This document shows positions 10,138-20,000 of a stretch of 20,000 nt of DNA, piece after piece. The position numbers and the translations under genes were made by a program. The notes under the pieces were generated by a model, which was not told where the DNA came from, searched no databases, and worked only from the letters and a program-made list of their open reading frames with translations. The stretch is from assembly GCA_023231475.1 (NCBI GenBank), contig JALJEE010002757.1, positions 53,800 to 73,799 on the forward strand, written 5' to 3'. Source of the stretch: Seison nebaliae (taxonomy: Eukaryota). Every line of letters begins with the position of its first letter. Position 1 is the stretch's first letter.

Positions 10138-11048
10138 TCTGGTAGACAAACTTTCCCCAAATCAAATAAATTAGATATCTTCGATCAACGATGAGATCTG
10201 CAATTTAAATTTGGAAGAGCGATTTGGAAGTGAAAAAATTAGAATGAGTTGAAGGAAGACAAATTAATGGTCAAAAGCTGGAAATGGGAATTAGGTGACA
10301 TGATCGGATATCGACAAATTGGAAAATTATCAAAAAAAGGAAATTTCAAATTTATTGTAATCGTCGATACCATATCACCTTTTTACAATCTTTCAATATT
10401 TATGCTATCAATACTTTTTTAAAATAAATATCGACATTATAAATCGGTATAGAAATTCATTGAGCTTAATATGAAAGACGTGGGCAATTAGAGAAGAATA
10501 TTTCAATCTCGATTCTATATGTGACGCTTAAAAATTAAATAAAGGATGTTAATTAATATTAATATTTCTCGATTTTGTCGTGGTCTAAGAAAAGAAACTT
10601 CAAATAGTGAGCTGAAGGACGGAGAAAAAGAGGAGAACAACAACATTAACGATTAACTACTTTTATAAAATAAATCTTTTCGTAAAATCATATCTTCTAT
10701 TTTAATATGAGTTCGGTGGACCTTAATGATACTTTCATTGGTGATCCCGATCCACAACAATTTCTATTAGTCATAAATGTATAAATATAATTCGAATAAA
10801 TCCGAATTCATCCTCAACATATTTATCAGCAACTTCGAATTTTATGATTTTATTCTGTTGATAATTCTGACATGATCCATACCAGTTAGAACTATCATAA
10901 TTGGAGGGGATTCTTTCTCCACCAAATATGGTCGTTTGGCCATGAAAATAAGAAAAAATTGAACAACATAAAAATGAGCTTAAAATTAAAAATGAACTTC
11001 TTTTATTTTCTTACTATAATCGAAAATGATCGTCGTCCTCAATATCTT

Positions 11049-11062
11049 GTGTCTATGGTAAC
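11049..11062 (+). promoter_or_regulatory. RFX-binding X-box-like motif GTGTCTATGGTAAC
   Basis: 14-bp imperfect palindrome that fits the X-box pattern GTNNYY-AT-RRNAAC with a strong right half (GGTAAC). It lies 38 nt upstream of the ATG of a ciliogenesis gene, as is typical for RFX/DAF-19 targets. Confidence 0.7.
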
Positions 11063-11100
11063 GAGATGGTGAATAGTTCTGAAAATTTCCATTATTTGAA

Positions 11101-14100
11101 ATGGAATCCATTAATTTATCCATTCAATCGTGCGTAGATTTGGAAAGTCGGAATGTTTCCAAGAATGTTCGGATGGTTGACGACGAGAGATTTTCAGGTG
11201 AGATATCCTCAGAAATCTTCTGTATGGATGATATGCAGGGCAAACGATGGAAACTCATGAAAGACTGGAAGAATTGGCTCAATTTATCGGGAAACTTCTT
11301 CTATTTCGGACGATGTTTTGTCAATTTGTTTCATTCGAAACTTATCCGAATATTCCATTACACGTCGATGAAATGTGAACAAATTAAAATTGAAGATGTG
11401 AATGAATCGCCAATAATTTCATTAGTTGTCAATTCGGAAGAGCAAATCAATCGGATTCTATTCATGAGACAAGATCTCTCCATTAGTTTTTGGCAGGCCG
11501 ATAAATTTGAGAGTCATTCGAATTCGTCCTCTATTATTCAGAACGTGAAAGATGTGGTGGAGCGCTTAGGAAAGTGGTACGATTTGGAGAAATTGGAACA
11601 GAACGAAAATATTTTATTGATCAATAATTTTCCGTTTGGACGGATGAATTCTCTCAATGCCGTCATGGGTGTACTCTCGTATGAAATTCGAAATTCAAAA
11701 TTTGAATATTTCAAATTGAATTATTTGAAATTATCATTCTCTTCCACCAGTAATTCCATCCGTCCTTTCCGTTCAATTATCAATTCAATCGATTTATTGT
11801 CCAATTTAAATAAATTTCTTACAACATCTACTTTGAAGGATTTCAGTGGTTCATACGATCAGTTGTCGAACGGTCGTCAATCGCCGTCATTTCTTTTATC
11901 GATATCGAACAATATGAATTGTTTAGCCGTCGCCATAAATCGTTTGGAGAATGAGTCACATCTCTTTTTCATTTCCGTCATTTCGCCCGATATCTTCCAA
12001 TGTCAATTACATAATTTCGGTATTAATTCTCAAAATAATTCTCATTTCAATAAGAATGTCCAATATTGTCTGAGTGGAATCGATTGGTCTCATGACGATT
12101 CACTTCTCTTCCTCATTACTAATCATGGAACGGTGGCTATTTCCTCATCGATTGGTCAATTATTAATCATCAATATTACGAATAATGAAACGATTCATCC
12201 ATTGAAATCGGTCGATTCATTCAGTCTATTTGGAAGTGTAATGAAAAAGAAACAGAAGAAAACGAACGTTCCAACCGGCTCCAGTTATTATCAATCATTC
12301 TTCTCCTGGATCTATTCGGAGAGACTGGAAAGTTTCAAAAAAAAAGAAACAGAAGATAATTGTACGAACAATTGCAATCGAACTGTCAACGGAACTGGTT
12401 ATGAACAAATATTCTCAATTTCTTCGTCTCCTTCAAACCATTCATTTATCGTTACTGATGGTTTCTTATTTTATCGAGTCAAATTAGAAATGAATGACGT
12501 TCTTCAAATCTACATGAGAAATGTTGAAAAACAAATTGAATTATCAATTCAACACAATAATTTGAATAGTGAGAAATTAAAGAAAAAATTCCATCAATTC
12601 CTTCAATTCCATCCACAAACGGAAACTCTTCTCTCCAACATCCGTTCATCGACCATTCAATCATGGAACGAATGTGACGAAAAGGAAATTTATGATGGAA
12701 AGAATGATGAGGGGGGAATGAACGGAAGAAGTTTAATTGGCCATAAAAAAACCGTTTCCGCCGCCAGAGTTTATATTCAACGGTTTGGGAAACATCTGAT
12801 CAAAGATCTCTCCTTCCATCAACCCATCATTCATTGGGATGAATTATCGAATGGAGAATTATTGAATGAAATCAAATCGAATTTATTATCCGTTTGGTTT
12901 CTCTTGCCCAACAAATTCTTCTCGACTGAATATCAAATGAAAAATTTTTTGAAAATTTTCCAAAATTTCTCTTCATTCTTTTTCCATTTTATCTTTCTCT
13001 ATTTCTCCAATAAATCGATTGACGAACAATCGGACGAAATCAGAGAATGTGAAGTGATGTTTCAAAATTATCTGGTGAAATTGACGAGTTTCTCTTATCG
13101 ATATTCTCACGTGATTCTAAGTGAATTACTCATTTATTTGGTATTGAAAGGATATTGTTTCATTCTGCTTCATATGGAGAATTGTCATTTATTCTCTCGA
13201 CAATTCCCCATCGAGAAACGATTTGAATATTTCATTAAATTTTTCAAAAATCTTAATTATTCAATGCAACTCAATCATCGGGGCAGTATCGACATTTATA
13301 AATTTTTTCCATTTCAATTGAAAAATAAATCGGAAATCGATCCCGATTTCTGTCTAAACATCTTCACCGACTTCTGTAACGAACTTCAACTTTTCCATTA
13401 TGATGTTTGTGAGGAGAATAAATCGATAAAATTATTCCAATTCAAATCGATCCATATCGATACAAATCATCAATTGAATAACGACGGGAAATTGTTGGGA
13501 GAATATTGTAAGGAATTTCCGGAGAAGAAAAACGAATCGATATTTGCCAATTTCTACTCGTTATTGACGAACGGTTTCATTATCGAATTATTTGAATTAT
13601 TGACCGATTATCGATTAAATGAATGTGATATGGATGGCGCTTGTTATCATCTCGTCTTCTCATATCCCTCATATTTCCATGTTCCGCCAATCGTCGACCG
13701 AAGTACGAGAAATATCATGAAATCTTTAGGAAGAATTATGGTACAATATTTCACGGAAAGTTCCATAATTTTCGGTGAGATGAATGACGAATTACCATCA
13801 CTGGAATTGATCGCCACGGGAGAATATCTCGACGACGAAATAATGAGGAAAAATGTGGAAAAGAAAAATTTATTTCGAATTTCTTCACGGAAATTTCGCG
13901 ATGTTCTTCATAAGAAATATGATGGAATGTCAGTTCATGTCAACGAATTATTCAATGAGTTGTGGTGTCCAAAAAAAGCGATCGACATTTTTCTTTATGG
14001 GCAATCATTTGAAGAAGCCATCGAGACTTGTTATAGATTCAATTCGCCATTCTCCGCATTTCTCATTCAAACGACTGTGGAATATTTATCGAAAAATGGG

Positions 14101-16041
14101 AAGAATTCCGTTGGAGAAATGAGTCGAAGTAAAGAAATGTTGTTGGCTCATTTTATTCATCGCTATGAATTGAAACGTTTCGAAGTGGTTGAAGAGATCC
14201 AACATAGTTTCTGTCAAGATCTTTATGAGAAGACGTTCAATAAGAAGGAGTGTCGACATGTGGAACATGTGGCGATGATTTGTGAGATGTTGTCCATCGA
14301 TTTCTTATCGATTTTCCTACCATATTTATTACGACTCATCATTCAGTTGTTGAGGACGACTGAGAATTTAGTGAGTTCGATATCGGTCAATGTTCTCAAA
14401 ATGCTTCCCGTTCCTTATTTACCGTCGCCGCCGATAACTCCGAAATTGTTCATGGAATTGACAATGGAGGAAGAGAAGGAATTGAAGAGACGATCATCGA
14501 TCGGTTGTCTTTGTCGATTATTCGTCTTATTCGTCGAACAATTCGATCAGACGACAAATTTAATTCAGTGGTATATTTCGTGTCTGTTCGATTTGGAGGG
14601 TTGCCATGACAACAACACGTTTGAATTATCAAATTATCTCAGAAATTTCATCTCGTCACAAGGGGAGGAAAGGAATGTGCCGAATCTGACTCAAATCGCT
14701 TTTCGAGATTTCTGTTCGATCTCTTATTATTTGTGGCAGAAAGATCGATTCGTTTTGAAAGGCGATAATCGGACGAGTGTGAAGGATATGTTGGAAACGG
14801 TGAACATCGCTCAAATACTTTTGGACTTCGGCAATTTGAGTGGAAATATTCAAACGATTATACTTCGATCACTTCAACTTATTCATGAATTGACCGATAA
14901 TTATCAATCCGATACGAATTTGACGAAGGAACAATTGAATAGTTTAATATCGATGAATATCGACGACTTTCCAAATAGTTTACCGATAAAAAATCGATTG
15001 AAATTTTTGTATGAGAAATGGAGGAAAATCGAAATGGAGAATGTTCAACGAAATCCATCAGATGGTGAGAGAGAATTGGAACATAGAGAATCTACTTTAC
15101 TCGCTTCTCATGAACATTTTCTGAAAAAGATCGACAATGAAAAATTGTTGGCTTTCCGGAAATTTGGTTCTGCCGAATATTCCATCATTGAACGATATGT
15201 GGAAAATCGAAAAACGAGTCGTTGTCTCATTGGGAGTTATGGGATTGAACGAACAAGAAATTATTCAAATTTTCTCACGGAATTCATTCAGGAAATGTTC
15301 ATCATTTCAAATGATGGAAATAAGTGGAAAAAGATGGAATTCGATACGAGACATGTCTCCGCCAAATGGGAGAATCATTTCGATGGTCAATGTGAGAATC
15401 GGAATCTCCTCCAATTGCTTCAGAGAAATGATTTGAGGAAATCGACTATGAACGATGAATTGACTCATCAAACGGTCAGTCATCAAATTCATTTATGTCA
15501 ATTAAGCACGTGGGACAATTGGGAGAGATTGATACGATTTTTCAATTATCTCTTCGACTCGTCAATTAGTGAGAAGTTGAATAATGAATTTCGAAATAAT
15601 AATAATAATTCATATAATTCGACATTGACATCCTTCCCCATTATCATGACCAAGAAATATTTGTGGATAATAAGTCGACAATTGTTGACGATGAATCCAA
15701 CGGTGAAAAATATGGAAATCGAGGATGAATTAAATGTTGAGGGAGAAATATTGAAAGAAGTTCCAATGACTAATGGAAAAGAATTAGATAATTCTCCAAT
15801 TCCAACGACTGAAATCGACAAATCTTTAACTAATCATTCGAATGAGAATAGTATCGATACTTTCGTATCTGTCACGTCCAATTCCGATACGATGCAACAA
15901 CAAATCAGAAAGAATAATTATTTGAGAGATTCTCATCAATTTGACGTCGTCACTGACTCCCATCAACAAGGGAAGGAAGTGAATCATGAAATTGATGAAT
16001 CGAAGGAAATTAAACGAGAAAAATCAAATGAAAAAATTGAA

Positions 16042-16085
<44 letters not shown>

Positions 16086-19000
16086 TCAATTTTTCAGAAA
16101 TCAACCATGTTATTTGTATGATCAGCATGTTAAATCGACGAAAACGAAGAGGAAATTGAACGACATTCACCATCGAAATATTTCCATAAAAAAACCGTTA
16201 TTCTCCTTACCTCTCCTCACCACGACGAATTCCGATGTCAATCGAAATATTTATGCACCGTCCAATGTCGTCGCATCAAAAATTACTCATATGCCGTTAA
16301 TGAACAACAACATGAATTCCATTCGTCATCATCAAATTCCATCAAACAATAAGAACAACAACAATAACATGATATTCCAATCGGAACATATTGGGAAGAT
16401 GAAGCATATGGAAAATCAATTACTCGATCTTCCCACCAAACGTATTCACAAGAGAACGAACAAATACATCAAAACACCAGAAGATTTTATTTTCCATTCA
16501 AAATATTTGAAAAAATTCAATAACCATATTCGTACCGTTCTACCTACGAATGAATCTTTAAAAACTGATTTGAAAGATGTTGCTATGTTGAAAATCGAAT
16601 CGAAACATCACAAGAAATTCCCAACAACGAATACCAACGAGATAGTTTCATTGACGTCTAGTTCATCGTCGGAGAATTTGGCGGATCAATCGGGAATTAC
16701 CGGAATCGAAACTCGTATAGGGAAAACGCAGACGGAAGAACCGGAGAAATTGAATAAGAATAATATGACGGAAATTCTAAAGAATCATTTCGTCCAAATC
16801 GCTGAAGAACAATTGAAAGATGAATTGAAACTTTCTCATGAACGACACGAAACTTCTGATCAATATTTGACGGCGCTTCGTAACATCGATAAATCGTCCC
16901 AACTCCATTATTTGACGTCAAAGGCACTCAATCGAATTGAAGACGAATCCACATCACAAATTAATATTATAGAGAATATCGAACATTTACAATCGAACGC
17001 GTCTCGAATCAATCCAGAAATTCAAATTCAAATCACTTCCACAACTCAACAAGAAGTTGATGAGACGACGAAGAAAACGGAGGAGAATGTCCAGAGGAAT
17101 AATACTTCCGATAATTCTAGTCAAGTTACCACCGTCGATCCTCAACTATCCAATCGCGTTACTCAAACCTCACAAGTCAGTCAAAATAACGGAATAAACT
17201 CCATTGTCGATCAAATAGTTAATTTTTTTTTTATTTGAGATTATTTTAAAAATTTTTTTGTTTTTTTTTTTTTTTTTCCATTACCAATTCGGTAGGAGAA
17301 TGAACTGAAACAAGACGCAGATAAGAAGTTCATCCATATTCAAGACATTTTCAGCGCACCCTCCAAAGTCGTCATATCGAACGAACCAAATTTTCATGGC
17401 TTACCATCAGTCCGATACAATTATGGAAATAAAACGGAAAATTTATCATCAACGAATGATATGAATAACCGGAAAGTTTTCCTTAGATTATCATCCTTCA
17501 AATTATAATAATCTTTTAATAAATTATAAATGAAAAGTTGATGGAGAAGAATTCATTGGAAATTGATAAGATAAATAAAATAAATCGAAAACGGGAAAAT
17601 CAGTTAAATGAATTGAAACCATCATCGAAACCTGACGACATTTGCGAAGGAAAGAAAGTGGAGAAAATGTTTAATATAGAAGAGAAATTCGATGAGAATC
17701 AAATGAAGAAATTTACATATGATGATAATTCCAAATTTCAGGAATCATCTTTCCATGACGATTATCATCATTCTGGGATAGACGACGACAATCATACGGA
17801 AGAAGACGGTAATTTTAGTAGATTGACAAATAATCCGACTGAGATCGAGGACGACGAACGAAGTTCCATCCACTATTTGAAGACGTTGGAGGAGGACCTG
17901 TTGAAACGGTTGAGCGATGAAAATCAGAAAACGGAAAATAAAAATCAAAATTTCCAAGAGAAATTTGAGGATTTGTCGAAGAATTTGCAAAGAAGTTCTG
18001 AGAACGTCAAGAATCATCTACGTGCCATATCTCCCGGAAAGGAGAAAATTATAAAAGTTTTCCATTTTTCAAATAATTTCGAATTCGAAAATTTTCATGA
18101 TAAATTTCAAAAAGACAAATGGATTAATTATGAGAGATATCGATTATCATTCTCCTGATATTCTTTCAGCTGATACGAATATTTCGAGAAAAACTTCTTC
18201 TTTCTTCTCCACACCATCACCTGTCAATATGACGTCGGTTGATTCTCAAATTATTTCGATGGAATCTGAAGCTATTCCCAGATCGAGTCCTGTCAGAACG
18301 ATAGATCAAGATAAACATGACGATATTTGTGCGTGGATGAAAGACAAGCGACAAATGATGATGAAACAATTTCATTCCCATCGAGAAACGTTGAGGGCAC
18401 AAGAGAAACGACCATTTCGGTCCCATTCGGACGGAAAAAAAGACACAAAAATTATAACGGTGAAAAAACGTCGAAATTCTTCCGTGCAAAACCTGCATGA
18501 TGGTAAACCTGCATTCGATGTATCATATATCATGCCCAAACCGGATATATTGAAGAGGACGTCTGAAACGAGAAAAAAGAATCGACAAATGTTTATGGAA
18601 GAAGCGAATTCTCGTCGATTGAGCGAGGCGACGGAATTGTTGAAGGAATTGGAATTGACGAAACATCTTCCTGTTAATTCGTCTAACACATCAATATCTG
18701 ATATGAAATCCGTTTTATCGTCCATGGACACTCTGGTGGGTTACACAAACAATAATTTAACTCGAACTCCAACATCTCTGACGAAACATCAGGAAATGAT
18801 TTTACAAAATAATATCGATCGATTATCGAAAAATGATCGTGCAATTTCCAATTCATCTTTCAACACTTTCTCCACACTACAAGAAAAACAGAATCGAATT
18901 CGTAAAACTTTGTCGAATCAATCGCTGATATTACGAGAAGTTTCAAGAAGGAAATTGAACGAGAAAGAAAATTATGTTGATCGTTTAAAAAATTTGGAGA

Positions 19001-19582
19001 AGAAAACTCGGTCACAATCGGCAACTCTCGTCCCTGATTCATTAGGAATTGATAAAAGAAATAAAAGTAAAAAACGACAACCGGTCAATTTGAAGAATGC
19101 TCTCTCGAAATTTATGCCATATCCTAAACGATCAATTCTCAATAACACACGACCAATAAACAGAAGAAATGAGAGAAAAGAAGAGAAAATGAATTATCTC
19201 CCCAAATTTCTTCGACCTGGTTCGGTACGTGTTCGCGGCTTAAAACGAGGTCAATATATTTTGGGAAATGAACCTGATCGTCGTTCAGTTACGTCGAAAA
19301 CACCATCTAATTCTTTCACAGTTAATTATTGTTCTTAAGAGAAAATTATTTGTAATATTTAATTAATTTTAGGAAGTTACTTCGGATGGTGAATCGAATA
19401 TGTCTAACACTTCCATTCCTTCCAATACCAAATCGACCATATCTGGACGAGTCATAGACGAACTTAATAAAGTGCTACGGGAATGTAACTTGTCTTCCAT
19501 GTCATCGGAAACGAATACACAAAGTGGAACATCCACTTGTATCGATTGGGATCAAGTAGATAATTTGATTGGAAACGAATAA
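11101..19582 (+). CDS. CPLANE1: Ciliogenesis and planar polarity effector 1 (CPLANE1/JBTS17/C5orf42) orthologue, ~2743 aa; exons 11101-17217, 17296-17475, 17538-18056, 18115-19320, 19373-19582
   Basis: Motifs that resemble vertebrate CPLANE1 as I recall it, in the same order: IDWSHDDSLLFLITNHGTVAISSSIGQLL and FSISSSPSNHSFIVTDGF (N-terminal beta-propeller region), MKSLGRIMVQYFT, AFRDFCSISYYLWQKDRF, the Joubert-domain motif ICAWMKDKRQMMMKQFHSHRETLRAQEKRPF and C-terminal IDWDQVDNLI. Four phase-0 GT-AG introns (78, 62, 58 and 52 nt) join four ORF-track pieces plus a 180-nt exon into one 8232-nt frame. Confidence 0.88.
16042..16083 (+). repeat. (AAT)14 coding microsatellite giving poly-Asn in CPLANE1
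   Basis: Perfect AAT run in frame (ENNNNNNNNNNNNNNDQ). Confidence 0.95.
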
Positions 19583-20000
19583 ATATTTATCTCTCCATAT
19601 TCAACTCTAAAATTACGAAGTTTTCTTCATTTATTATACCAATTTAAATTCGTTATGTTTATTCTGTTATAATTTGAACGATATTATATTATTGTTTTTA
19701 AATAAATAAGAAAAGAATAAATGACAATTTCCATTAGAACTATTTTACATTAATTTAAAAAAATTTTTATTGATAAGTCTTTATCTCACAATTCTATTGT
19801 CAGTTGAGAAATGAGTAGAAGAATTTGAAATTATTTAATAGATTTCCATTTTTATTTTTGAAATAAATAGATATGAAAATAAAAGATGTATATGCAATTT
19901 ATTCACCGAGTAATAAAATTGTTTTATTTTGTTATAAAAAAGAAATTCTTCTTTTTGGAATTGCGTGTCTCACACAATATGACGTCGTGTCGAACAGCTG

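Noticed and set aside
17476..17486. Donor GTTTTCCTT resembling the U12-type GTATCCTT
   Set aside because: Register and +3 base do not match the U12 consensus, there is no TCCTTAAC branch site, and the other introns lack the motif.
467..19042. Short antisense or alternate-frame ORFs overlapping the main genes (e.g. 467-715, 971-1279, 7808-8050, 8341-8685, 9395-9604, 15137-15436, 18372-18731)
   Set aside because: They are shadow frames of real coding sequence with no recognisable domains.
17218..19400. ORF breaks in CPLANE1 read as frameshifts, a pseudogene or separate genes (17538, 18097, 19400)
   Set aside because: Each break is spanned by a short AT-rich GT-AG intron that restores frame exactly.

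Overview
This is AT-rich, gene-dense eukaryotic (metazoan) nuclear DNA, not prokaryotic. In order it holds: (1) the 3' end of an unidentified Thr/Glu-rich protein gene (+, open from the window edge to 1393); (2) a 4-exon secreted, probably GPI-anchored protein with three chitin-binding peritrophin-A (CBM14) domains (-, 4297-2802); (3) a candidate 70-aa membrane microprotein (-); (4) an intronless VPS26 retromer subunit with a ~220-aa acidic tail ending DDDDDVGWLND (+, 7181-8731); (5) a 41-bp hairpin-containing minisatellite between convergent genes; (6) an unknown ~250-aa basic protein (-); (7) a 5-exon, ~2743-aa CPLANE1/JBTS17/C5orf42 orthologue (+, 11101-19582) with an RFX X-box-like motif just upstream of its ATG. 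The most striking signal is in the splice sites. All seven introns I could reconstruct by frame continuity start GTT (GTTAAT x4, GTTTTC x2, GTTTTT x1) rather than GTRAGT, three end in AAAAG, and six are only 47-78 nt. This suggests a divergent splice-site code. The taxon is inference only: a compact-genome ciliated, chitin-using invertebrate (a rotifer-like spiralian is one possibility). Homology calls come from remembered family motifs, not from database searches.
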